From Bacilli bacterium (GTDB lineage: Bacteria; Bacillota_I; Bacilli_A; RFN20; CAG-826): a DNA stretch of 64,000 nucleotides. This document shows, piece after piece, positions 55,112-64,000 of this stretch; position 1 is the stretch's first letter, and each line of letters starts with the position of its first letter. Where the stretch lies: contig JAVXGI010000002.1 of NCBI GenBank assembly GCA_036657515.1, forward strand, positions 45,652-109,651. Reading direction: 5' to 3'. Both the position numbers and the translations under genes were made by a program. The notes below the pieces were generated by a model, which made no database searches, was not told where the DNA came from, and saw nothing but the letters and a program-made list of their open reading frames with translations.

Positions 55112-57088
55112 TTATTTTCTTTTTAAAATATTTTCAACTTTATTAGCTAATTCTTCAGAAGTAAATTTGAAGAATTTTTGAACATCGCTAAATGGTGCTG
55201 ATCTACCAAATTCATCGATTGACATAACGTGTTTTGCATATTTGTAAAGGCCAAACGAAGAAGCCATTTCAACGAATATGCGCTTATTATAGTCCTTTCC
55301 AAGTATTTCTTCCATATATTCTTCATTTTGTTTTTCAAAGTTGAACATAGAAGGCATTGAAACTACACGCGTATCAATATCTTTAGATGCAAGTATTTTT
55401 TGTGCTTCAATAGCTAAAGAAACCTCACTACCTGTACCTATTATAACAAATTCACATTTATTTTTCTCTTTTGAAATGATATATGCACCTTTTTCTAGTC
55501 CTTCATACGAAGAAGTGGCAATAAATGGTAAATTATGTCTTGTCGTAATTATTGCTGTTGGCGTGGTTAAACTTAATAATGCATTTTTATATGCAGCATA
55601 TGTTTCTCTTGCATCGCAAGGTCTAATTACATTAACATTTGGAATACTTCTTAACATTGCTAATTGTTCGATTGGTTGATGTGTTGGACCATCTTCTCCT
55701 ACACTTATTGAATCGTGTGAGAACAAGTAAATGGCTGGAAGTTTTGATAAAGCAGCCATTCTGATAGCTGATTTCATATAATCAGCAAATACTAAGAAGC
55801 AACCAACGTAAGGACGGAGTCCACTATGTAATAGCATTCCATTAGCAATACTAGCCATTTCAAATTCTCTGATTCCGAAATTCATGCTTCTTCCAATTCT
55901 ATTTGTTGGTGAATATACTGTTTGAGCAGGAACGGTTGTTAAAACTGAACCAGCAACATCAGCACTTCCGCCAATTAAATTTGGTAATAATGAATCATAA
56001 TAATTTAAGGCTTTTTCACTAGATTTTCTTGTAGCTTCACTAGAACCTTCAACAAAATTTGTAAAATCTTTATTGTTTATATATTTACTAACGTTATGTT
56101 TGAATAAAAATTCAATTCCTTCATTTCCTTTTTCATCTCTAAAACGTTTAGTATCTAAAAGCCATTCAGTATGGGCACTGACGCCTCTTTTAACAAATGT
56201 TTGTTTAAATAAATCATAAACATCTTTTGGAATTGTAAATTCAGGGTAATCATATCCATAAAATTTCTTTGTAGCAGCAATATCATCGCCTTTTATTGGT
56301 GATCCATGAACTTTATGTGTACCTTGAGCTGGTGCTCCATAACCAATAACAGTATTTACAATAATAATTGTAGGACTGTTGGTTGATTCTTTCGCTTTAA
56401 CAATTGCTTCATCAATTGCGCGAAGGTCATTTCCATCTAATATTTCTAAAACATTCCAATGTGCTGCTTCGAAACGTTTTCTAACATCGCCATTTTCACT
56501 ATTTGCCAATGGACCATCAAGAGTGACTTTGTTTGCATCATAGAATAAAATTAACTTATTAAGGTTATTTAATCCTGCAAATGAAATTGCTTCATGAGAC
56601 AATCCTTCTTCAAGGCATCCATCTCCACATAAACAATATGTATAGTGATTGATAAATTTTGAATTATACGATGCTTTTAAATTTGTTTCAGCTAAAGCAA
56701 TGCCAACAGCTTGAGCAATTCCTTGTCCTAATGGGCCAGAGGTTGCATCAACTCCAGGGGTGTGTAAATATTCTGGATGTCCAGGAGTGAGTGAATTTAA
56801 TTGTCTAAATTGTTTTAAATCTTCCAAAGTTAATGGATATTCTGCTAAATGGAGCATTACATATAACAAAGAACTTGCATGTCCTGCAGATAAAACAAAT
56901 CTATCTCTATTAATCCATGTTGAATCAAACGGATCTGCAATCATATGATTTTTATATAAAACATATAAAATTGGAGCACTGCCAAGTGCCATACCTGGAT
57001 GTCCACTATTTGCCTTATTAATCATATCAATTGCCATTGATCTAATGGCGGCGACAGCTAATTTATCTAGTTCATTAAATTTATTCAT
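55112..57088 (-). CDS. tkt: Transketolase
   Basis: NSGHPG, GDGCLEEG (TPP binding), HDSI.VGEDGPTHQP. Start is placed at MNKFNELD, with a GAGGAG SD upstream. ATGAATAA overlap with the aspS stop. Confidence 0.95.
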   Translation of the reverse strand: MNKFNELDKLAVAAIRSMAIDMINKANSGHPGMALGSAPILYVLYKNHMIADPFDSTWINRDRFVLSAGHASSLLYVMLHLAEYPLTLEDLKQFRQLNSLTPGHPEYLHTPGVDATSGPLGQGIAQAVGIALAETNLKASYNSKFINHYTYCLCGDGCLEEGLSHEAISFAGLNNLNKLILFYDANKVTLDGPLANSENGDVRKRFEAAHWNVLEILDGNDLRAIDEAIVKAKESTNSPTIIIVNTVIGYGAPAQGTHKVHGSPIKGDDIAATKKFYGYDYPEFTIPKDVYDLFKQTFVKRGVSAHTEWLLDTKRFRDEKGNEGIEFLFKHNVSKYINNKDFTNFVEGSSEATRKSSEKALNYYDSLLPNLIGGSADVAGSVLTTVPAQTVYSPTNRIGRSMNFGIREFEMASIANGMLLHSGLRPYVGCFLVFADYMKSAIRMAALSKLPAIYLFSHDSISVGEDGPTHQPIEQLAMLRSIPNVNVIRPCDARETYAAYKNALLSLTTPTAIITTRHNLPFIATSSYEGLEKGAYIISKEKNKCEFVIIGTGSEVSLAIEAQKILASKDIDTRVVSMPSMFNFEKQNEEYMEEILGKDYNKRIFVEMASSFGLYKYAKHVMSIDEFGRSAPFSDVQKFFKFTSEELANKVENILKRK

Positions 57089-58835
57089 TTGTGCTCTCCT
57101 CTGCAATTTTAATTCCTAATTCTTCTAATTGTTTGTCAGTGACGTTGCTTGGAGCATTCGTCATTGGGCATCTTGCTTTAAGATTTTTTGGAAACGCAAT
57201 AACATCTTTAATATTATCGGTTTTTGCAAGACACATTGTTAGTCTTTCAAGACCAAACGCAATTCCTGCATGTGGTGGTGTTCCATAATTGAATGCATCA
57301 ATGAAGAAACCGAATTTGCGTTTAATGTCTTCATCAGTAAATCCAAGTAAATTAAACACTTTATTTTGGACTTCTTTTTTGTATATTCTTAACGAACCGC
57401 CGCCTGCTTCATATCCATTTATAATTATGTCATAGCAATAAGCGTACACATCGCGTGGATTTGTATCAAGCTTATTTAAATCTTCGTCGCATGGACGAGT
57501 AAATGGATGATGTTCAGGAGCGAGTGTTCCAGTATGTTCGTCATAAGCAAATAAAGGCCAATGAACAACCCATAAAACATCAAATACATCAATATCAATG
57601 AGTCTAAATTCATGTCCTAGCTGACTTCTTAAAGCTCCTAGACCGAAGTTAACGTCGTATTTTATGTCACTTGCAGCGATACAAAGTACGTCATTTTCTA
57701 ATAAATGGAATTCATTAATGAGATCCATTTTATTTTCTTCTGTTAAGGATTTTACAAGTGAACCTTCTAATTCATTATTAACATATTTAATAATAAAATA
57801 ATTACGCATACTGTATTTTTTGGAAAGTAAGCTTAAATTATCAACATATTTTCTCGTAAATACGTCTGCTTTATTTTTTACAACAAATCCTTTAATATAT
57901 TTAACTGTATTAAAATATTCAAATTTAGACGTTGATAAGATAGAAGTGAGATCGTGTAGTTTTAAATCAAATCTTGTATCTGGTTTATCACTTCCATAAA
58001 TGTTAACTGCATCATTATATTCCATTTGTCTCAAAGGTAATTTAATATCGTAATTTATAGTTTCTTTAAATATTTTTTCAAGCAAACCTTCCATCATTTT
58101 TAACAATTGTTCTTGATTTAAAAATGATGTTTCTATATCGATTTGAGTAAAATCCGGTTGTCTATCAGCTCTTAAATCTTCATCTCTAAAGCATTTAGCT
58201 ATTTGATAATATCTTTCGAAACCAGCAATCATCAATAATTGCTTAAATAATTGCGGTGATTGTGGAAGAGCGTAAAATTGGCCATGATTTACTCTTGAAG
58301 GTACTAAATATTCTCTAGCTCCCTCTGGAGTAGAAGCGCCTAATATTGGAGTTTCTATTTCCAAAAAATTGTTATTGTCTAAATATTCGTGAGCGCATTT
58401 AACAATTTTAGCACGTAACATTAAATTCTTTTGTAAACATGGTCTTCTGAGATCTAAATATCTATATTTTAGACGAACCTCTTCTGATGCATCGGTTTTA
58501 TCATCAATAATAAGAGGAGTTGTATCAGATTCATTGATTATTTCTAATATATGTACTTCTACCTCTACTTCGCCTGTTTTTAATAATTTATTAGGAACTT
58601 CTTTTTTAACTACTTGACCATATACATGAATTAAATATTCATTTCTAACATTTGGAAAATTTCTAAATTCATGATTAATAAGTAATTGAACAATTCCAGT
58701 TTTATCTCTTAAGTCTACGAAAGTAATGCTTCCTAAATCACGTTTTTTCGAGACCCGACCAATTAATATAACGTGTCTTCCGACCATAGAAAGTGATATT
58801 TCGTTGTTGTAATGTGTTCTTTCAAGTTTTTCCAT
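57081..58835 (-). CDS. aspS: Aspartate--tRNA ligase
   Basis: Class II motifs (FRDEDLRADRQPDFTQID, GGGSLRI, GIAFGLERL). 584 aa. Confidence 0.97.
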   Translation of the reverse strand: MEKLERTHYNNEISLSMVGRHVILIGRVSKKRDLGSITFVDLRDKTGIVQLLINHEFRNFPNVRNEYLIHVYGQVVKKEVPNKLLKTGEVEVEVHILEIINESDTTPLIIDDKTDASEEVRLKYRYLDLRRPCLQKNLMLRAKIVKCAHEYLDNNNFLEIETPILGASTPEGAREYLVPSRVNHGQFYALPQSPQLFKQLLMIAGFERYYQIAKCFRDEDLRADRQPDFTQIDIETSFLNQEQLLKMMEGLLEKIFKETINYDIKLPLRQMEYNDAVNIYGSDKPDTRFDLKLHDLTSILSTSKFEYFNTVKYIKGFVVKNKADVFTRKYVDNLSLLSKKYSMRNYFIIKYVNNELEGSLVKSLTEENKMDLINEFHLLENDVLCIAASDIKYDVNFGLGALRSQLGHEFRLIDIDVFDVLWVVHWPLFAYDEHTGTLAPEHHPFTRPCDEDLNKLDTNPRDVYAYCYDIIINGYEAGGGSLRIYKKEVQNKVFNLLGFTDEDIKRKFGFFIDAFNYGTPPHAGIAFGLERLTMCLAKTDNIKDVIAFPKNLKARCPMTNAPSNVTDKQLEELGIKIAEESTNE

Positions 58836-58837
58836 AT

Positions 58838-60151
58838 TTACTCCTGTTGTTCATGATGATGATGGTGATCATGATCTTCAAATTCTTCTAAAATTTCATC
58901 TATTTTTTCGGTCAAATCATCTAATTTAACCTCAAACTGTTCTTTAGTATGCAAATTTTTAAGTTGTACAACAGAATTTTCTATTTCATTTTGTCCAATT
59001 ATTATTGCAAGCTTTGCATTTCTTCTCTCTGCTTTTTTGAACATACTGGAAAAGGATCCGTTTTCTACGTTCATATCAGCGGAAAAGCCACAATTTCTAA
59101 GCGAAGTAACTAATCCGAATGCAGCTTCATTAAAATCAGGTTTCATCGTCATAATATAAACATCTAACGAGCTTGCATCTGGCAAATTATTATTATCAGC
59201 TAATATGCTATATAATCTTTCAATACCACAAGCAAATCCAACACCTGAAAGCTTTGGTCCGCCTAATTGTTCGACTAATTCTGAATAATGTCCTCCAGCA
59301 CCAATAGCTCCATAATTTTTTCCTAGATCAGAAACATAGTGAAATTCAAATACTGTTTCACTGTAATAATCAAGCCCACGGACTAAAGTATCATCAACTT
59401 CGTAATCTATTTCATTGTCTTTTAATAACTTTAAAACATTTTCAAATCTTTCGGTTGATTTGGAGTTTAAATAATCCTTTAATTTTGGTGCACCCTTGAT
59501 AATTTCTATATCAGATTCGACTTTACAATCTAATATTCTAAGTGGATTAAGATTAATGCGTTCTTTGCAGTCCAAACACATATTGTCTATATATTTTGAA
59601 AAATAAGAAACTAAAGCCTCTTTGTATTTCTTTCTTGATTCTAAATCTCCAAGAGTATTTATCTTAAATTTAAGATTTTTAAAACCAAGCATTTTTAATG
59701 CTGTGAATCCAAGAACTATTACCTCGACATCGTTTATATATGAATCAGAGCCAACTGATTCGACGCCAAATTGATTAAATTGACGAAATCTTCCTTGTTG
59801 TGGTCTTTCATATCTAAAATTAGGACCAACATAATATGCTTTTATTGGAAAATCTTGTATTGCAAAAAGTTTTGCATTTATCATTGCGCGAATTGTACCT
59901 GCAGTAACTTCAGGTCTTAATGAGATATTACGATCTCCTTTGTCTTTAAAATCATACATTTCTTTTCTTACAATATCGCTACTTTCACCTGATGTACGAA
60001 CAAATAATTCAGTTTTCTCAATTATAGGAGTTCTGAATTCTCTAAATCCGTAATTAGTTGCACAAGTTGTTAGTAAAGATTCGATGGCTGAATAAGCATC
60101 AGCTTCATCTTTTATTACGTCATGCGTCCCTTTTAATACTGAATATTCCAT
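58838..60151 (-). CDS. hisS: Histidine--tRNA ligase with C-terminal poly-His tail
   Basis: Class II motifs (YYVGPNFRYERPQQGRFRQF, GGGHYSEL, GFACGIERL). The C-terminus is ..EDHDHHHHHEQQE. Confidence 0.95.
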   Translation of the reverse strand: MEYSVLKGTHDVIKDEADAYSAIESLLTTCATNYGFREFRTPIIEKTELFVRTSGESSDIVRKEMYDFKDKGDRNISLRPEVTAGTIRAMINAKLFAIQDFPIKAYYVGPNFRYERPQQGRFRQFNQFGVESVGSDSYINDVEVIVLGFTALKMLGFKNLKFKINTLGDLESRKKYKEALVSYFSKYIDNMCLDCKERINLNPLRILDCKVESDIEIIKGAPKLKDYLNSKSTERFENVLKLLKDNEIDYEVDDTLVRGLDYYSETVFEFHYVSDLGKNYGAIGAGGHYSELVEQLGGPKLSGVGFACGIERLYSILADNNNLPDASSLDVYIMTMKPDFNEAAFGLVTSLRNCGFSADMNVENGSFSSMFKKAERRNAKLAIIIGQNEIENSVVQLKNLHTKEQFEVKLDDLTEKIDEILEEFEDHDHHHHHEQQE

Positions 60152-60224
60152 ATTATTTTGCCCTCAAATATCATTAAATTATACTAATTTTTGGTATTAA
60201 AGTAAAGCAATACAAAACAGTTAT

Positions 60225-62456
60225 CTAATGAATAACGCGTTTTACATTAAAAACTGTTTTAATGTTTAAAATTACATTAATTATATCAGTTAATGATCTA
60301 GCATCGCTTACATAAATTGTTGCATTTATGTTTGTTGTCATAGCAATTGAATTAAATTTTGCATTTAATTGTGCGACACTTATTTTATTTGTCGATAAAG
60401 CTGTCATTACATCAATTAATAAACCTGGTCTATCTCCACATTCAATAATAATATCAACTGGATATGTAGCTAAACCAAGATCTTCTTTCCATAAAACATC
60501 GATAACACGTTGTTTTTCATGAATTATGTTAGGGCAGTTTGCTCTATGTACTGTTACGCCTTTTCCCTTTGTAATGTATCCAACAATGTCGTCGCCAGGA
60601 ATTGGATTGCAACATTTTGCTAATGTTATCGCGATACCACTAGCGTTTTTAACATATACCGGCATTGAATTATCAATTTTTCTTTCTCTAGAAACGAATT
60701 TAAATTTTGGCTTTTTATCGCTAATCCCAATAAAATCGCAAACTGAAGATGGAAGTGGATTGTGATTTGCAACTGCGACAAAAAGATCATCTGTAGTAGA
60801 ACAATGGTAGTAATTTAGTACTTTATTAGTACTTATTGATGCTAAAATTGAAGATTCATCAGTAATTCCTCTTTCCTTAGCACATTCAAAAATTCCATCT
60901 CTTCCTTTGTCTATTTTATCATCTTTAAGAAATTCACTATTCTTTTTTAATAAAAACTTTTTAATGTTAGAAACTGCATTATTTGTTTTGACAAATTTTA
61001 GCCATCCCTCATTTGGACCTGGTGATGTCGTAGAGGTTCTTATTTCTACAACGTCAGAAGTTTTTAAAACATAGTTTAATGGAACTAAAGTGCCATTAAC
61101 TAAGGCACCAATAGCTTGATCTCCAACTCTTGTATGAATTCTATACGCGAAATCAATAGGAGTTGAGCCTATTGGCAAATCAATAACTTTTCCTTTTGGA
61201 GTGAATACATATACGTTTGCGCTGAATATATCCTTTGATAAATTTTCGATATATTCGTTTGCATTATCAGAACTTTCTGATGACATATTAACAAAATCTC
61301 TAAACCAATGCAGTTGTTCTTCTATTTGTTTTTGTTCTTCTTTAGCGTTGTAATTAAATCCTTCTTTGTAACGCCAATGAGCAGCAACACCTGTTTCTGC
61401 AATTTCATCCATTTCTCTTGTTCTGATTTGAACCTCGAAAACATTTCCGTCGCCAGAAACGATAGTCGTATGAAGAGATTGATACATATTTGGTTTTGGT
61501 ACAGCAATGTAATCTTTAAATCTACCTGGAATTGGTTTGTAGATTGAATGAATCAATCCAAGTATTTCATAACAGTTAATTTCTGTAGCAGTAATTATAC
61601 GTAATGCAAGAATATCGTATATATCATCGAAATTGTGCATTTTTATATATATTTTTTTGTAAATAGAATAGATGGATTTTACTCTTGATTCAATTTCGAA
61701 TTCAAATTTGTTTTGGAATAACAAATCTGCTAATCTTTTTTTCAAGCTGTCTAAAGATTTTTGTCTATTTCTTGTTTTTTGATCTAATAACGTCGAAATA
61801 TTATTAAAAATATCTGGCTCAACATATTTTAATGAAAGGTCTTCAAGTTCGCTCTTTACTTTATTCATACCTAAACGGTGTGCGATAGGAGCAAATACTT
61901 CTAATGTTTCTTTTGCAATTGCGTATTGTCTTTCAGGTTTTAGCGAACTTAATGTACGCAGATTGTGTAGTCTATCAGCAAGTTTAATAATAATAACTCT
62001 GATATCTCTTGCCATTCCTAAAAATATTTTGCGATGATCCTCGGCTTCAAATTCTTCTTGAGTTCTTTTTGAAAGCTTTAAACGTTGAATTTTCGTTAAT
62101 GAATCAACAAGATTTGCAGCATCTGTTCCAAAAAGAGATTCTATTTCACTAATTGGAGTGTCTGTATCTTCTACAACGTCGTGCAAAAGCCCAGCAACTA
62201 TCGTAGTTGGGCCAGATTGTAGTTGAGCCAATATATAGGCAACCTCAATTAAATGATGAATGTAAGTCTCTCCAGACTTTCTATATTGTCCTTCGTGTTT
62301 TTTCTCAGCATACAAATATGCTTTTTTAATTAATTCACGATCTTGTTCATTTTTTATATAGGTAAAAAACAATTCTTGAAGTTCTTGAAAAGTGTGTAAG
62401 TATATTTTGTTAGTGTTAACTACTGGTGCCAATGCATCGTTTTCTGTATTTGTCAT
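60225..62456 (-). CDS. relA: Bifunctional (p)ppGpp synthetase/hydrolase Rel
   Basis: HD domain (HHLIEVA..LLHDVVEDT), synthetase (YKSLHT, EVQIRT), TGS and ACT domains. 743 aa. Confidence 0.95.
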   Translation of the reverse strand: MTNTENDALAPVVNTNKIYLHTFQELQELFFTYIKNEQDRELIKKAYLYAEKKHEGQYRKSGETYIHHLIEVAYILAQLQSGPTTIVAGLLHDVVEDTDTPISEIESLFGTDAANLVDSLTKIQRLKLSKRTQEEFEAEDHRKIFLGMARDIRVIIIKLADRLHNLRTLSSLKPERQYAIAKETLEVFAPIAHRLGMNKVKSELEDLSLKYVEPDIFNNISTLLDQKTRNRQKSLDSLKKRLADLLFQNKFEFEIESRVKSIYSIYKKIYIKMHNFDDIYDILALRIITATEINCYEILGLIHSIYKPIPGRFKDYIAVPKPNMYQSLHTTIVSGDGNVFEVQIRTREMDEIAETGVAAHWRYKEGFNYNAKEEQKQIEEQLHWFRDFVNMSSESSDNANEYIENLSKDIFSANVYVFTPKGKVIDLPIGSTPIDFAYRIHTRVGDQAIGALVNGTLVPLNYVLKTSDVVEIRTSTTSPGPNEGWLKFVKTNNAVSNIKKFLLKKNSEFLKDDKIDKGRDGIFECAKERGITDESSILASISTNKVLNYYHCSTTDDLFVAVANHNPLPSSVCDFIGISDKKPKFKFVSRERKIDNSMPVYVKNASGIAITLAKCCNPIPGDDIVGYITKGKGVTVHRANCPNIIHEKQRVIDVLWKEDLGLATYPVDIIIECGDRPGLLIDVMTALSTNKISVAQLNAKFNSIAMTTNINATIYVSDARSLTDIINVILNIKTVFNVKRVIH

Positions 62457-62474
62457 ATTACAATATTAATTACA

Positions 62475-64000
62475 TTAAACTATTTTTTCAATATAAAAAT
62501 TTAATGTTCTTCTGCCTTTAAATTCGTTTTGACCAATTGTTCCATATAAGGTACCAATTTTTTTGTTTGGAATATCTCCATCTTTGAGGAAAAATTTTAC
62601 AATTTTAAACTTTGGACCTAAATAAGTAACAATATGTTTTCCATCTGGGCTTTTTGTTAAATCTGAAAGAGTAAAATTTATCATTCTAAATTTCGGTCTC
62701 TTATTTCCTTGACCAAATGGAGCAAAATTACGTAAAATATAGTAATTTTCAACTTTAGTAAAATCTGCTTTGTAAATATCGATATATTTCGTTTCTTCTT
62801 CTACAAATGTTTTATCTTTGCAAAAATCATAGCATCTTTCTTCAAATTCTTTAAGATTTGATTCTTCAATTGAACAACCACCTGCGCCTTCGTGTCCGCC
62901 GTATCCTAATAATAAATCTTTATTTTTTTCCAACATCTCAAAAACATTGATTCCTGGTTTTGATCTAATACTTGATTTATATATGTGTTCTTTGTCATTT
63001 TTTCCATTAGTTAATACAACAGCTAGTTTATTGAAATCATTGCATAATTTTGATGCTATTAAACCGATAATGCCTTCTTTTTCTGAAGTAACATTAAAAA
63101 TACATGGTTTATCAACTTTGAATACGTCGTTATCAGAACTATAATTTTTAGTAATTTCTTTTCTTTCGTTGTTATTTGCTTCTATAAATCTTAATATTCT
63201 TAATCTTTCTTCTTCATCGTTTGTTGTAAAGTAAGTGACAACTTTATTGGCTCCCAATCCTTCTTGTAAACGTCCCACTGAATTAATTTTTGGTGCAATC
63301 AAACCGCCGATTGTACTTTCATCAGTAAATATTGAATAATTGTTGAGTAATAATATCGGTTCAAAAGAATTATTATCAATTAATCTTAATGAATATCTAA
63401 CAATTTCTCTATTCGTCTTAGTTAGTTGCATTAAGTCTGAAATTGTTGAAATTCCAGCAAGAGTTAGTAGATAATCATCATGTTTTCTTAAAAATGCCGT
63501 TGCAAAAATATACGCACAAAAACCTCCGCTACAAACTTCTGGTTTAATTTTTGAAAATTCTGGATGAATTATATGTTTAGTATGTGGCAATTCAGCTGGT
63601 AAGGTATGATGATCGCAGATAATGACATCCATTCCATTATCAACGCAATAATTAACAGCTTCATTTTGAGAAACTCCGTTATCAACACAAATAACAAGTT
63701 TATATCCTTTTTCTTTAAATTGTTTGGCTTTTTCAAGTGTCAATCCATATCCATCGGTATATCTTGATGGAATATAAAAACCTTTATTTTCGTAATTAAG
63801 ATAGTCTAAAGCCTTTATTATGATTGATGTGGCAAGTATGCCATCACAATCATAATCACCATAGACTACTATTTTATCGTTTCTTTTTATATGTTCTTCT
63901 AAACAAACGACCGCAAATTCGACATTTCTAAAATGCTTGGTAATTGGAACTAATCCCAAGGTTGGTGGTTCAGCAAGACGATTGTAATCTTCAACTGTTA
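62475..64000 (-). CDS. recJ: Single-stranded-DNA-specific exonuclease RecJ; the 5' end lies outside the window
   Basis: GDYDCDG, VDNG, ICDHH (DHH motifs) and GGHEGAGG (DHHA1). The frame stays open upstream of the TTG at 63959 to the window edge (..TVEDYNRLAEPPT-LGLVP..). Confidence 0.9.
   Translation of the reverse strand, partial: TVEDYNRLAEPPTLGLVPITKHFRNVEFAVVCLEEHIKRNDKIVVYGDYDCDGILATSIIIKALDYLNYENKGFYIPSRYTDGYGLTLEKAKQFKEKGYKLVICVDNGVSQNEAVNYCVDNGMDVIICDHHTLPAELPHTKHIIHPEFSKIKPEVCSGGFCAYIFATAFLRKHDDYLLTLAGISTISDLMQLTKTNREIVRYSLRLIDNNSFEPILLLNNYSIFTDESTIGGLIAPKINSVGRLQEGLGANKVVTYFTTNDEEERLRILRFIEANNNERKEITKNYSSDNDVFKVDKPCIFNVTSEKEGIIGLIASKLCNDFNKLAVVLTNGKNDKEHIYKSSIRSKPGINVFEMLEKNKDLLLGYGGHEGAGGCSIEESNLKEFEERCYDFCKDKTFVEEETKYIDIYKADFTKVENYYILRNFAPFGQGNKRPKFRMINFTLSDLTKSPDGKHIVTYLGPKFKIVKFFLKDGDIPNKKIGTLYGTIGQNEFKGRRTLNFYIEKIV

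Noticed and set aside
60186-60196. A single ATACTAATTTT unit upstream of hisS as another repeat array.
   Set aside because: It is one unit with no phased neighbours. Single occurrences of this AT-rich 8-mer are expected by chance in a window of this size and composition.
60152-60224. T-box riboswitch leaders upstream of hisS-aspS and glyQS (23486-23578).
   Set aside because: The intergenic spaces are only about 73 and about 90 bp. They contain no specifier-loop or T-box (AGGGUGGNACCGCG-like) sequence. They are too short for a T-box, which is about 200 nt or more.
1-64000. Checked for CRISPR arrays, tRNA or rRNA genes, IS elements or transposases, integrases other than xerD, and phage or defence gene clusters.
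   Set aside because: No noncoding interval exceeds about 190 bp. No repeat-spacer structure, tRNA-like T-arm motif or transposase-like ORF was seen. This was a visual scan only, so small RNAs cannot be excluded.

Overview
Very AT-rich bacterial chromosome segment that uses the standard code. TGA is a stop: fmt, hrcA and dinB all end in TGA, overlapping the next gene's start. About 64 tightly packed, mostly housekeeping genes follow Bacillus-type synteny: comEC-holA-rpsT; lepA-hemW-hrcA-grpE-dnaK-dnaJ-rsmE-mtaB; rpsU..ybeY-cdd-era-recO-glyQS-dnaG-sigA-trmK-nif3-ispH-cshB-nfo-ispG; yneF-plsY-parE-parC; yqeG-yqeH-yhbY-nadD/yqeK-rsfS; then on the minus strand deoB-xerD-dinB-dxs-xseB-xseA-nusB-asp23-tkt-aspS-hisS-relA-recJ. 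By inference this is a reduced low-GC Bacillota/Mollicutes-like lineage that keeps TGA as stop (Acholeplasma- or Erysipelotrichia-like). I cannot name the organism. I saw no rRNA, tRNA, CRISPR array, transposase or phage genes. The window is not purely ordinary, for five reasons. (1) The coding strand flips from + to - at 47.0-47.2 kb, and a good 28-bp dif (XerC/D) site sits exactly there, so the window appears to span the replication terminus. (2) A family of about 44-bp arrays, each made of four 11-bp-phased units (CTACTAATWWW, all on the + strand), occurs at four gene boundaries and possibly a fifth coding site. Two copies are 26/28 identical, and one copy supplies the start codon of dxs. 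(3) Two nearly identical terminator hairpins that sequester the Shine-Dalgarno sequence sit directly in front of two lineage-specific genes. (4) One of those genes is an orphan 160-aa ORF next to dif, bracketed by a repeat array and one of the hairpins. (5) Several lineage-specific or unusual genes interrupt conserved operons: a PD-(D/E)xK nuclease fused to an XPD/DinG helicase, a catalytically degenerate Fic-like protein, a C39 peptidase-transmembrane protein with no ABC ATPase domain, a nadD-yqeK fusion, and a HisRS with a poly-His tail. All functional calls come from reading motifs and synteny by eye. No database search was run.
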